From the NCBI RefSeq assembly GCF_009914755.1, contig NC_060925.1: a stretch of 64,000 bases of DNA, one strand, 5' to 3'. The position numbers and the translations under genes were made by a program. This document shows positions 32,631 through 46,940 of this stretch, piece by piece. This stretch comes from the human T2T-CHM13v2.0 reference genome, Homo sapiens. The notes beneath the pieces are model-generated. The model worked only from the letters and a program-made list of their open reading frames with translations, had not been told where the DNA came from and did not search any database. Positions within the stretch are counted from its first letter, which is position 1. Each line of letters begins with the position of its first letter.

Positions 32631-34065
32631 TGCAGGTCCAGAACAGCCTTCAATCTAGGGCTAATTTAGCCCCACCACTGAAGCATTACCTTTCTAAGGA
32701 TTGACTCAATGTATTACGAAGTACTCCTACTGTTCCTAGCCCTGTGTGAGTTTGGAGTATTGTTCAGCCTGTTGCTTCTTGTTTGTTTCTCCAGCCTCAA
32801 AGAACTTCTCTCCACTTGCGCAAATCAGTACTCATCTAGAAACTTAAGGGAGTTCCTCTGCAGATCTCTAGAGCTATTTCTGTGTCACTCCTCCTTTTCC
32901 ATATTCAATCCTGCAAATTTTAGCATCCTCATCATCTCAGAATCTGTCTCCTCAATTCATCTAGACTGCCAGGCTGTTTCTGTTACTTCTTCCTACACCA
33001 TATCCTGAAAGCTCTCCAGACTGTAAGGTGGGCAGGGTGTAGGAGGGGTGGGTTCAAGGCTCACCTCTCAGTTCTGCATTGTTATTCAACAGCTCTAAAT
33101 TGTTGTTTCATACATTTTCCCAATTTTCTAGTTATTTATGGCAGGAGAGTGGGAGCCATAACTTTTATTTTAAATGGTGAAAGTAATTCTTAATACAGAA
33201 AACTCAGCCTAAAAAGAGTTATAGTCTTACTACCAAGAAAGAGTGTTCATTTATGTTGCTTTCTTAGTAATTTTCCTATTTTTAGATTATTTTGATTTCT
33301 TTTGACATTTCCTGTGCCAAAGAAGCCTGAAACCAGCCTGTTTTTCTTCCTTTGTAGGTAAGCTGGCTAACTGCATGCTTGTCAAATTCTTTTTCTTTGA
33401 AATTCAGAAAGATTATCATGAATTGTTCAGTTATTTCTCATTCTTTTCATCAAAGAAAGTCTTCATTTTTTAAAATGGCTTTTGTTAAATTGACCTCCAG
33501 AAAAGTATCAATATATGTTTCAACTCAGAGTGTGGTAGTGTCTTTTTTTTCCATACTTTCTAATTATATAACTCTTAGGATTCTGTGTGGTTATTAACTC
33601 AAATGTCAATCCTTGAAAGATGGTTAAGTACAAAAATTTTTTCTCATCAAAAAGCTAAACATAGAGTCTGATTGTTTCACATCCATTTTTGGTTACTGAC
33701 AAAGTTGATTTTTTTTAGTCAGCCATTTTTATTACTTTTAAGTTACTTTTAAATTCATTTTAATGTTTTTTAAGACGGGTCTCCCCTGGTTAGTCTCCTT
33801 TCAGACTTTTTTTCTATTTTTTTCCTGAAAGTTTAGAATTGTTTTTGTAAGTTCCAAAATTTCAATGAGATTTCTTAGAATTAAGTTTAAAATTTTTGAA
33901 GAGACTTCATGCATTTCATTAAGTGTATTCATTCATTGACATGTTGTAGTTGTCTATTTATTCAAGTATTAATCTTATGCCTTTCATTGCAGATATTTAG
34001 TTTTCTTTATTAGAGTTTGGCACATTTCTCAAAATTGTATTCTTAGATATTGTATGTTGTGATAC

Positions 34066-34347
34066 TTTTTTTTTTTTTGATGGAGCCTTGCTCTGTCACC
34101 CAGACTGGAATGCAGTGGTGTGATCTCAGCTCACTGCAACCTCCTGGGTTCAAGCTATTCTGCTGCCTCAGCCATCCAAGTAGCTGGAATTACAGGGGTT
34201 GCCACCATACTTGGCTAATTTTGGTATTTTTTGGTAGAGATGGGGTTTCATCATGTTGGCCAGGTTGGTCTCGAATTCCTGACCTTGAATGTCTGCCTCG
34301 GCCTCCCAAAGTGCTGGGATTATAGGTATGAGCCATCATGCCTGGCT
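34066..34347 (-). mobile_element. Alu (old S/J)
   Basis: Reverse dimer; TSD GTTGTGATACT. Confidence 0.9.
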
Positions 34348-35556
34348 AGTTGTGATACTGTTTTTGCCATTAAGACTGGAACTCTAAGTGTTCATGGTTC
34401 AGAAAGAAAGAAATTGACTATTAAATATTATTTTGAAACTACCTTAGCAAACTTGGTTGTTTCAATAGTTTTCCCATAGGTTTTCCAAGTAGACTACCCT
34501 ACCATTTATGAACAGTAGATTTGCTGTGCCCTTTTCAGTATTTAAAGTTCTTATTTCCATTTTCTAAATTTATTGTGCTGACTAAAAGTTCCAAAAAAAA
34601 TTAATTATAATGTATATTTCTTTTTTCAGAAACTTCCCACTCTATAGAATTTAGCAGGAAGACTCTGCCTTTTAACTGTGAGAGCCAGGCAATAACGAAT
34701 GCAGAGTTGAGGACATTTGCTCATGGCATGGCTCCAAGTTGAGGAGTGAGAGAGATGCAGATACACTTTCTTCTATCTTTTCTTTGAGTTTCATCCTGAG
34801 TTTTGCAGCTCTAATAATTCCTCATAGATGCAGCCTAATAACCACATTTCACTTCCAGTTGAAGTTTTTGCCACCAGAACAATTTAAATCTTGTTCTGAG
34901 AGGGGGTGTGGGTTCTAATTCCCAAACTATGTATTTTAATTTATGGTAGGACAAACACTACAAAATTATCAGACCTCACATAATCCTATTTACAAAAAGT
35001 GCAACTTTCCATTTCTTCAAAACTGTAGATCTATTAGTTTGTTAGGTGTTCCCTCAAAACTCTACAAGTTTGTGTTTTTATGTGCATAGAAAAATATATT
35101 ACAAAATTAAAGTGTAAACTTTTTTCTTTTTGATCATCTGTATCTTTTGTTCTTCCAAAGTGAACATGCATCATTTTTGTCACAAGAAAATATTATTAAA
35201 ATGAAGAAAAAAAAGTTTTTCCTTTGTAAAATGAGGATCAGAATGTCTTCACTTTCCTCTTGCAAGAGAAACAGGCTGGCTTGGCCTTTTGTATCCCACC
35301 CCTGCCCATTGCTTTATTTCACAAAGCAATGTGTTAGAACAGTTTAAAGCCTCTTTTGAAAGGCGTTCAATTTTCTTTATTTTGACTTCTTGAGAGGGAA
35401 TTTAGAGGAGAAATGAACATTTTAATGGGTGAATAGCATATGAATTTAGCTATATTTTCTAGTGGGTGAAGCCTCAGATGCTGTGTCCAGCCCAGGTCAT
35501 CAGAATTTTCTGCATTGTGTGTAGTTCTAGACCACAGATTACGTTGCTTTCTATTA

Positions 35557-36010
<454 letters not shown>

Positions 36011-36459
36011 TTATTGTAACATTCACCATGAGATTAAGGTAGATAAACTTGGACTTATAAATAAATATCTTCTCATCTAAATGAAATCAGGGTGGTCTTA
36101 GTTTGCACCTAACTTTTAATTTGCACCTAAACAATTGATAGTTTTTACATGAATTAGATGCTTTGCTTGGCATTGCATATAAGAGGTGAAACATTTTATT
36201 TCACCTGATAACCTGACTCAACTGTAGTTCAAGAGTATCCTTCATAAATAATTGGATATATTAACAATTATCAGAAGGAGCTATTCAGTGGGTTAATTAA
36301 TGCAGTTCTCTGGGGGTTATATTCTCTGGCCAACTTAGAGTAGCTTTTCTGTAGCTGTTTTCCCACAAGTTCAGATGAAGTATTTAGTATGGCAAATCAA
36401 ATTCCATACTGCCTGGCTTTAGTCAAATAAGTCAGACCCTACATAATCCTATTTATAGG

Positions 36460-36848
36460 GTCTTAGTTCTGGCTGCTATAACAAGCTACCGCAAACTGGG
36501 TGGCTTGTAAACAACAAATATTTATTTTTCAACATTCTTGGAAGCATGGATTTTTCAACATCTTGAAGTCAAAGATCATGGCTCTGGCATATAAGGTGTC
36601 CAGTGAGATCCTTCTTCCTCATTCATAGATAGAGGTCTTTCATTGTGTCCCCACAATGCAAAAGGGGCAAGGGATCTCGCCAAGGCCTCTCTAATAGGGG
36701 CACTAATCCCATTCATGGGGGCCTTTCCCTCATGATCTAATCAGCTCCCAAAGGCTCCACCTCCTAATACTATCACCTTGGGGGTTAGGATTTCAACTTA
36801 GGGATTTGGGGAGTGGGGAGTAGAGAGGGATACATCTATACTATAGCA
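36460..36848 (-). mobile_element. MaLR solo LTR (MST/MLT1A-like)
   Basis: GGCTGCTATAACAA...ACTGGGTGGCTT and CACCTCCTAATACTATCACCTTGGGGGTTAGGATTTCAAC. Confidence 0.8.
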
Positions 36849-37289
36849 TATACCTAACAAATATTTAAGCAGCTGAAAGCATTGGTGCTGTATGTTTCTG
36901 TGCCAGTTTTGTGATCTTTGTAAGAAATGTATTAATGTTTTCCCATATGGCCAAAAGGTCTGAAGTATATTCATCTGAGATGTGACTTCTGTTTCTTTCT
37001 GCTTTTAGCCATGTGCATCCTCTTTCCAAAGTGCTTTCATCATTAGATAATGTTTCTAAATTATCCAGGTGTCTGTTTTTAAATTTTTTTATTACAAAAG
37101 TAATATAGATTGATTACAGAAAACTTGAAATACAGAAAAGCACAAAAGAAAATAAAGATCACCTGTGTACTCTTATCACATGAAAATTTGACTTAAAAAA
37201 TTAAAATCATTCTGGTTCTTAGTTTGTGACCTGCTTTTTTTCCTCTTATGCATTGCGAATGTGCCACATTACTAAATATTCTAATGCAA

Positions 37290-37384
37290 CATAATTTTAA
37301 ATGATGGTATCAATGTGCCATGATTTTAAATGATGGTGTGAATGTGCCATAATTTTAAATGATGATATGAATGTGCCATAATTT
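37290..37384. repeat. 29-bp tandem repeat, about 3.3 copies
   Basis: Unit CATAATTTTAAATGATGGTATGAATGTGC starting at 37290, 37319, 37348 and (partial) 37377. Confidence 0.9.
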
Positions 37385-37754
37385 GACTTGTAGCCTAAGT
37401 TGGGCATTTGCTCTATTTTCAGTTTTTGCTATTAAAAATAACCTTATGATGAAAATCTTGCTCAAGTATGCACACATCTCTGTTACTCCACAGGATAAAT
37501 TTCTAGAAGAGCCATCATTGATTGAAAGGAATGTTTACTTTTATGGCTTATCTTGTATGTGGCTAGGTTGTCATCCATAAGAATTGTTTCAGTTGACACT
37601 CACATAGATTGTGTGTGTGCTCCTTTCCTTGTACCTTTGCTGGTACTCAGTACAAATGGAGTTTCCTTCAGAGATCCCTCCCCACCCACCTGCATTTCCT
37701 TTCTGATACCTTCAGGTGTATTATCCTTTTGTGACACTCGGGGGAGGGGGGGTT

Positions 37755-38120
37755 TAAAAATATTTTTAATTGATGAGTAAAAATTTTATATATGGTGCAC
37801 AACTTGATGTTTCGATGTATGTATACATTGTGGAATGGCTAAATCAAGCTGTTTGACATGTATTACCTCACATACTTGTCATTTTTTGTGATGAGAACAC
37901 TTAAAATTTACTCTTAATTTTCAAATACACAATATATTGTTAAGTGTAGTCAACATGATACACAATAGATCTTTTGAACTTACTCCTCCTAACTGAAAGT
38001 TTGTGTCCTTTGGCCAATGTCTTCTCAATCCTCCCACCCCTCAGTGTCTGGTAACCACGATTTTACTCTGTGTCTACAAGTTTGACTTTTATGCACTTCC
38101 CATATAAGTAAGATCATGTG
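37755..38120 (-). mobile_element. L1MA-type 3' end
   Basis: GTATACATTGTGGAATGGCTAAATCAAGCT signature. Confidence 0.75.
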
Positions 38121-38849
38121 GACTCTGGGTTTTTTCATTATAATAATTGTAATTACATATATATATGATCGATTCAGGTCTATCTCTGCAAGTTCCATGA
38201 GGACAGGGACCATATCTAGCTTATTTACCTCTGTATATCCAGCACTTAATACGGTGTACAGCACATAGTATGATCTCAATACCTATTTGTTGAATGAGTA
38301 AGTGGGTATTTTTAAAATTTTATAATTTGATGGGCAAATAACTGTCTCTGTTAACGTGTATGTATTTGAGGTTGAACTTTATGCTTTAATTTGCTACTTA
38401 GTCTTCTATTTTATTGCCTATTCATGTTTTGATTCATTTTTCTGAAGAGTATATCTTTTTGATTGAAAGCTCTTTCTCTTCTGAGGTCCTATAAGCTCCT
38501 ATCTGAATATAGCATATTTTATCACTTTCCATCTTCATTTTCTAGTTCTATCTCATTCGCTTGGTTTATTCCCCATTCTTCATGTTTGATGTATAGCATC
38601 TGACACTAAAAGCGTTGTTGAAATCACTGATTACCTCCCAATCTTACTTTTCCATTCCACATTATAACTTCTGCCCTCTATAATTATAGATATCCCTAAC
38701 TTTTCCTGGGCTTTAAAAAATCTCCACTGCATTCAGTTTAAAGTCACCTTAATTTAGACATTTTGCTTGAGGTAAACTTTTTTTTTTTTTTAACTTTTTT
38801 CAGAAGCATTCTATTCCTAGCTAAAAGCTCATCATTTTGCTATCTTAAA

Positions 38850-39142
38850 CCTGAGATTGGCAAATATGTTCTCTAACAGATTACATAGTAAATATTTGAG
38901 GCTTTGCAGGCTAAATATTCTCTGCTTTTACTAAACATTGTCCTTATAGCACTAGGGCAGCCATAGGCAATATATGAATGAGTGAATATGGCTGTGTTCT
39001 AATAAAACTATGGACACTGAAATTTGAATTTCATATAATTTTCACATGTCACAAATAATACCTTTTCCCACAGCCATTTAAAAATATAACCATTCTTAGC
39101 TTATGGGAAGCACAAAAAGAGGCCATAATTTGCTGACCTTTG
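38850..39142. mobile_element. MER58 (hAT-Charlie)
   Basis: GATTGGCAAAT...ATGGCTGTGTTCTAATAAAACT...GGCCATAATTTGCTGACC. Confidence 0.75.
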
Positions 39143-41599
39143 TCATAAGCCATGATCCAGAGAGACACATCAAGTCTGTAATCACCATCCTGCCATTTAC
39201 CTCCCAGTTTTCCAAGCTTTTATAATTGATTAAAAAACAACAAAAGCCTACCTCTTTGTTCCACGGTACTTTTGTTTCCTACATAGAACTTGAGGTCCTT
39301 GAGGCTGTTTCTCTGGTCTCATCATTCATCCCTGTAGAATCAGTGATTCCTTCCTCTCCATTGTCTTTCCTAATTTCTCTGGATTCCACCTTTGTCATAT
39401 CCCTTCTTTTTCTATTCTCTCCCAGCACCCCAGTTAAAACTCTTGCCTAGAGAGTTGCAGTGGTTTCCTAACTGGTTGTCCACCCATCCAATCTAATTTT
39501 CTGTTGCCAGATTACAGTTCTGATAATCTGTCTCCCTTGCTAAAAATCTCTAGTATCAGTATCTCTGTTTTTGCTTGTATAACCAAGAAAAACTCCTTAG
39601 CTTGGCATTTAAGGTATTCTGTAATAGGACATTAATCCACCTTTCTAGTTTTTCTTTCACTATTTCCCTAATGCCTTAGGCAAACTATTTTATTCAATTT
39701 TCTTTATGAAGTTCCTTCTACCTTCAATGTTCTCTCTACCATGTCTGTCTGCAGAATTCTCTCCATCCTGCAAGATCCTTATAAAAGGAAGCCTTCTGGC
39801 ACTTACAGCCTTAGGTTATAGATGTTTATGCGTTGATCTCACTTCCCTACTTAATTTTAAGTGCCCTGAGAGGAATTACACCATCAAAGGTAATCTTTTT
39901 TTGTCCCTGAAACACCTAGCACAGTGATAATTTAATACATTATTGTTATTGAATCTGCAAATGGGAGGAACCTTCGGATGGAAAGATCAGTTATATTTAG
40001 AAAGATTATCTTACTGTTCACTGGGAGAGCTTTAGGAAATTATCTCATGGCAACTACAGAAGAAATGTAAAGAATCTAAGACTAAGGGCTAGGTACCTTT
40101 TGTTAAAGCTAACGATATAATCATAGGTATCTAATCCTCTCCTTCCCAGACCCATGGAAATGCCCAAGAAAATGTGAAAATAGGGGAAAACCCTCATAAA
40201 CTTGATAGGGAGCCATGTACTTGCCAAAACTTGGAGGGGCTTCTGCTGAATGCTGTGCCAATGGTATTGGATGAAAAGAAGAGTAGTCAGTTCCAGAGGG
40301 AGAATCCTGCCATGTAAGCGCTGCTTGCCAGAGGAGCAGGCAAGGGTCATGCTCACACCATGTGCCAGGCATTATGTTATGCACTCTTCGTGCCTCATCA
40401 CATTTAGTTTTCTTGTCAGCCTTGTGAGAGATGGAGATTATCTTCATTTTTCAGGTGAAGAAACTGAGACCTAAAAGGTTACACAGTTTGTAAGTAATGT
40501 CAGGCCAAGTAAGAGAAGAAAGACCAAAAGAAACAGTTTAGAAGGAAAAAGTATTAATAGTGATTGTGTCTGGGTGGTAGGATTTTAGGTAATTGGTATT
40601 TTTCTTTATATCTTTGTGACTTAACTTTTTTTTTTTACATTCAGTTATCTACTTTAATGTCGATTGAACAAAACTCTACAATCTTTCACTCTGCTTTAGT
40701 TCTCCTGCTGTGGCTGTTCACTGGACCTTGGCTAAATGGATGTTCTCCCTGCTACTTTCTGATCACATCCTCCTGTCCTTCCAGCTTACTTCTCAATTAT
40801 TCCCATGCATGATCATTTTATTTTAGTGGGGCCTCTGTATGCCATTGACTTCTCTCTACTAAAATCCTCAGACTCTACTGTCTTAACTCAGATTCCTCCT
40901 GTCCTGACTTCCTACCTGCTAAGTTTAGATTATCATCCAATATTTCCTTAACTTTATTTTCCCACCTTTTCTACTTTCTCAAATGTCTGACCTCCCTCCT
41001 CTTTCCTTTTACTTTCAGGAGTGGGCCTTGCTTCTGAACTCAGAGAATGCAGGAGCTATCAGATTTTAACTCTCTGTACCTTCTGACTCCACATTCACAG
41101 AGCCTTTCTTTGTACCCTTACCTTTTCCCCCACTCTCTTTGCTTCTATTACAACAGAAAAACTTTTCCTTCCTGTCCTTTAGGGCCAGTTGTCCCACCGT
41201 CCAGGGACGTTCCACCATCCCATCTCTTCCCTGCATTAGGCATTCATTAAGTATGTTTTCAATAAACATGGAGTACTTTTATAAATAGGAGAAAATTAGT
41301 AACAAAAATTCTTTCTGGGTAAGAGTATGGGATTGAGTAATAGACTCTAGAATAATTGTTAGAGAATGTTTGTTAGCCTAGAAAATTCCTCAGCATTTAG
41401 TTTCATAATGATTCTATCTACTCTAAGTGTATTTTGTATGGTATGAAATGCTACAGTTCCTCTTAAGAACAGTATTTTGTCTATTTAATTGCAATATGTC
41501 TCCTTTTATAGATTTTTTCTTTACATATTGCTTAGATCTACCTTTGACTTTCTTTGGTCAGGGGGACTGTGACTTGACTTTTTTTTTCTTTTTTCATAG

Positions 41600-41683
41600 C
41601 TGGAGAACACATTCAAATCAGTTATTGCACAGATTGGACCTGGAGGAACTATCAGTTCAGAACTAAAACATAAGATAAAATTT
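41600..41683 (+). CDS. TDRD5: TDRD5 exon 5
   Basis: Poly-pyrimidine tract and catag|CTGGAG ... AAATTT|gtaagt; [28 protein letters not shown]; 84 nt, phase 0-0. Not in the ORF track. Confidence 0.9.
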
Positions 41684-42626
41684 GTAAGTAATTTCTGTTT
41701 CTGGGAGACAATAATAATTGATTTATAAATTTATATATCATTTGTGGTTGAGTTTGTCTGCAAGTATTAATTTACATCTAATCTTTAATATACTGCAAAC
41801 TAAGCAACAATTCTTTTAGACTAAGAAAAAGAAACAAAATACGTACTCCTAAAAATTTTTAACATAAAACTATTTAGTAAATAAGTTCTTCCATAAGTTC
41901 TCTCTTCCTTTCCTTCTTCCCCTCATCCCAATAGATCACTGTTGACAAACAGTTCAAGATCTTTCCAAATACCAATTTTATAAATGTACATTAAATATTG
42001 TTCCAATGTGTGTTATCCCATTACATTGATGTACCCTGTTTCATGTAGAGATCCATGATTGATTAAAGTTTTGGTGTTTTTATCTTTGACTGTGGAAAAA
42101 GTTCTCCAGTTAATGTCCATGGACATTTTTCTAGAAGTGGAATTGCTAGTCAGAGGCATCTTATGTTTTGATTATAAATATTACTAAATTGCCCTCTAAA
42201 ATGCTTGAACAGATTTATACTCCCACTGACAGGTGTTACTATCCCATCACGTTGTTTTAGTTTATCTTTTGATTTTTACATTAAGCATCTTTTCATGTGC
42301 TTATTAGTCACATATATTTTTTATGTGAATTGCCTGTTTATGTCATTAGTCTTATTTGTTTTACCTTACTAACAAGTGAAAACTCTTTGGTGTTATGTAT
42401 TGAGCCAAAGAGTTATGTACACTTAAATTTTTTGTGGGAGCTGTTAATCCTGCTTTGAGTAATCAAGGTGCTATTACAGCTTGTACTGCCTTATATTATT
42501 CCATTTCAACTGTCATGATTTTACTAGGAGAGATGCAAAAACCTTGATGCATTCAGGCCCTGTTTTTTTGTTTAGACACTTGAGCAAGTGTCCAATAATT
42601 ACTTGTTAAAGGACATTCAATATGAC

Positions 42627-42902
42627 TTTTTTTTTTTTTAAGAGACAAGGTCTTGCTCTGTCACCCAGGCTGGAATGCCGTGGTGCAATCATAGCTCACT
42701 GCAACCATCAACTCTGGGCTCAAGCAATCCTCTCACATCAGCCTCCCGAGTAGCTGGGACTAGAGGTGCATGCCACCACACCCAGCTAATTAAAAAAAAT
42801 TTGTAGAGACAGGGTCTTGCTCTGTTGCCCAGGCCTGTCTTGAACTCCTGGCCTTAGGCATTCCCCCACTTCAGCCTCCCAAAGGCTGGGATTACAAGAG
42901 TG
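42627..42902 (-). mobile_element. AluJ
   Basis: Reverse diverged dimer. Confidence 0.88.
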
Positions 42903-44035
42903 AATATGATTTTTTTGTGGTACCAAAAATTGGAGAAAAATTAGGCATTAATTTTAAAGGATTGGTTATGTATCAATATTGGATATTCTCCAAACTAGGG
43001 ATGTCATGTAGCTTATGAGAAAGTTTATATATGTCTCTCTCAGTTTACATGGAAGTTTCTCCTTGACTTATTGTTGTACTTTAAAAACAGGTTTTATAGA
43101 ATAGTGTGTTCAGAATTGTTCTTTGATATAAAACCATGAATAACATGTGCACACATAAAGGAGTTTCTGAAAGGGTGTTTCTCTAAATGTAGCAATGGCT
43201 GTCTCTGGGTCACAGGATTTTGAAATAATTTTTACTTTAGATTTTTCTGAAGCTTGATTAGAATTTTGTATAAAATATATCTGGAAAAATTTAGAAAACA
43301 AAGATTTTTGTACTTTATTGGGATAGAGTAAGTCTACCTTTAGGAAATTATTCTAAAAATCATTGAACTAGTATGCAGAACTCAAGCATGAGGATAATCA
43401 TTACAATATTTGGGATGAAAAATAAGAAACAAAATAGAAGATCAAATACATTTAGGTGTCTTTAATATTTTGAAAAATCTGTAGCCAGTGAAAATGTTTA
43501 TGTTTTTACTGACATGGAAAGATGTCTTTGGTATGATATTTAAAAGCTGGCTATAGAAATATTGACCTTGTTTTAATATTAAATAGATATTTTGATGTAC
43601 GTATGGACAATAATGCTCTTAACAGATCTTTTATTTTTGCTTAACTGTATTTTCCAAAGTTTTTTCTAATGTTTATTGCATTTCTTTTCTAACAATTAAA
43701 ATGCTTGAAACTGTGCTATAGGATGTTTTATGTGAGCTGAAGCTAAATGTGTTAGCTGAGCTTAAAGAAGTGCAGGAATTTCTGGAGAGTTGTGGTATTG
43801 CAGTAGCATGTAATAATCATTTCTCAACTCTGGAAATGTTGGAAATCACAGTCTCTTTTTGTTCTAATGTTTTTTAAAACTGGAAACTCATTTTCAAAAA
43901 AAAACAATTTAATATGACTAAAATTCATTTAATAATGTTACTTTTGCCTTTGTTGTTATTTGTTTATATTATTTTAATATTGTGTCACTCAGCATTTCAG
44001 TGTGTCTATATTGTATTTCACTTTCTATTTGTTAG

Positions 44036-44092
44036 GTTGTATCTAAGTTCCCAGAGGGTTTGTTTATTTCTAAACTGCTTGGAGAGTATGAG
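44036..44092 (+). CDS. TDRD5: TDRD5 exon 6 (LOTUS 3, N-terminal part)
   Basis: gttag|GTTGTA ... TATGAG|gtaagt; VVSKFPEGLFISKLLGEYE; 57 nt, phase 0-0. Confidence 0.9.
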
Positions 44093-46626
44093 GTAAGTGT
44101 TTTGCTTTTCCCCAACCCTAATTTTTTATGGCTTATATTTCTTGTGATAGATGGAATTTTGTGGCTACTCCTTGGATTCTCCAGGTCTATGCTCTAAAAC
44201 GGAAACATTTTGTTTTGTATTTTAGTATATTATAAGACTTGAGAATATGATCTTTAACAAATACTTGATTATGCATAGGAAGGATATTTTTACCACTTAT
44301 TGTTATAATATTATTATAATAAAGATTATCCCATTAATGTTTGACAGTGTTATACCAAGTGTCAGTGGGAATGCAGAGAAGCAGAATACTTCATACACTG
44401 CTTGTGGGACAAAATGCTCTTAGGGAGCATTTTGGCATTATCAAGTAAAGTTGAAGGTATGCACCCTCAGGGATCCAGTAGTTCCACTTTTACATTTGCA
44501 CTCTAGAGAAACTCTTGCACATGTACGCATGAAGACCTGTAAAGAAGTACACAGCACAACACAGGAACAAATGAGAAACAAATGGACATCAGTAGGATAA
44601 TGGATAGAGATTGACATTTATACAATGGAATTGTATGTAGTAGTATAAAATAAATCTGCTCTGCAACATGGATCATTTTTAAAACCATAATGTTGAGTGA
44701 AAAAAATCAAGTTTCAGAATAATTCAGATAATGCCATATATCCAGTTTTTAAAAAGATAAGTCCTATACATATGTTAACTGTGTGCCAGGCTCTATCCAG
44801 AGCATCTTTCATATTGGCATATGTTCATTTTGTTTTCACAACAAATAGAGGCACAGAGAAGTAACTTGCCTAAGCATCAACATCCAGTAATAGATGGAGC
44901 CAAGATTTTAACCTGGGCAGTCTGGCTTCAGAATCCTAACTCTTAACTACTGTGCCATGAAAACTATAGTATATTTATAGGTAAAAACATAGATATTGTG
45001 AGATAGTATAGCATAATTGTTAAGATATATAATTCTGTGTGCTATCTTATAGACAGTATGTTAGGTCAAGATAATACCTACTTTATAGAGTTTTGTGAAG
45101 TTTAAATGACTTAAAAATAAGGCACTTAGAACAGTGCCTGGCACATAAGCTCTGCTCAGATCTCTGCCTGACCTTTAACTGCACATGCTTGGGGCAGACA
45201 TAGAGCAGCCTCTGTTCTTTTAAGGCTAAAAGAACTGAAGATATTTCAGCTGTTGCCCATCAAAGGGTGGCAGATTTTGGGTTTATGTTCAGCCAAATTT
45301 AAAATGAATCAAACAATAATCTCCAAAAGAGCATAAAAGATTCCAGATTCTCTACAATACATCTATCATGATGCCTGGAACACAAACCAAAATTACTAGA
45401 CACAGTAAGAAACAAGAAAATGTGACCCCTTGACAAAGAAAAGGTGATCAATGGAAATTCTGAGATGATGCAGATATTGAAGTTAGCAAAAAAGGTTTTA
45501 AAGTAACTCTTACAACCACATTAAAGGATATAAAGGAATAAGTATTCAGAGTAAATGAGGAGATAAGATATTTCAGTGCAGAAAAAGAAACTATAAAAAC
45601 CAAGTTATTTTCATAACTTAAAATATCTGAAGTAAAAAATTCACTAACAACAAATTGGAAATGGCAGAAGAAAGCTTTAGTAAACTTCAAGACAGATCAA
45701 TAGAAATTATCCAATTTGAAGAACAGAGAAACAAAATAGAACTTGAGTGACCTGAGACCTGTGGAATAAAACCAAATGGCCTAATGTATCTATTAATATA
45801 ATTGGAGCCTAAGAAAGCACAGCAGAAATATATTTGAAAAAATAATGGCCCAAATTTCCCAAATCTTGTGAAAGAAGTTTATAAATCTAAGAAGCCCAGA
45901 AAACCCCAAACAAGTAATACAGAGAAAACCTCACATAGGCACATCATAGTAAAAATGCAGAAAACCAAATATAAGTAGAAAATTCTGAAAGCAGCCAGAC
46001 TAAAAATAACACACTTCATACAGGAGAACAGTGATACAAATGATGGCTGACCTCTTGAAGCAATGCTAGAAGACAATGGAATGACATCTTTAATGTACTC
46101 AAAAGAAAAGTACTGTTAACCCAATATTTTATATCCAGTGATAATATCAAGAATGAAGATGATGAGATAGACATTTTCAGGTAATCAGAATTGGAAGCAG
46201 ACTGGTACTATAAGAATGCTAAATAATGTTCTTCAGGCTGAAGGAAATAATGCCAGATTGGAACTTTAATCTTTAGGAAGGATTGAATAAAGGATGTAGT
46301 AAATATCTGGGCATATGTGAAAGACTGCCTTTTTTGATCAGTTAAAATATATGACTGTTTAAAGCAAAAATTACAGCATTAAATAATTGGGTTTATAACA
46401 TGAAAATGTAATGCATATGAAAACTACTGCATAATGAGTGGAGGGGCAGTACCTGGAACTATAGGGTTGCAAGATTCTTATATTTTATTTGAAGTGGTAC
46501 AGTAGGACTGAAAAGGATGTATATTGGTTTTGCTGGTGAATTCTGTTAAAACATTTAAGGAAGAAATTATATTAGTCATATACAGATTGTTTCTTAAAAT
46601 AGCAGAGAATATTCTCCAACTCATTC

Positions 46627-46940
46627 TTTTTTTTTTTTTTTTTTTTTTTCCTTTTAAGAGAGAGTCTCACTGTCACCCAGGCTGGAGTACAGTGGCATGA
46701 TCTTGGGTTACTGCAGCCTTGAACTCCTGGGCTCAAGTAATCCTCCTGCCTCAGCCTCCTGAGTAGCTGGGACTACAGACATGTGGTGCCATGCCCAGCC
46801 AATTAAAAAAAAAATTTTTTTTTAGAGACAGGGTCTCACCATGTTACCCAGGCAGGTATTTAACTCCTGCCCTAAAGCAGTCCTTCTATCTCAGCCTCCC
46901 AAAGTGCTGAGATTACAGGCATGAGCCACCACACCTGGCC
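46627..46940 (-). mobile_element. AluJ
   Basis: Reverse dimer; TSD CCAACTCATTCT. Confidence 0.9.

Noticed and set aside
37290-37384. CRISPR-like 29-bp repeats
   Set aside because: Head-to-tail copies with no spacers, in a eukaryotic intron.
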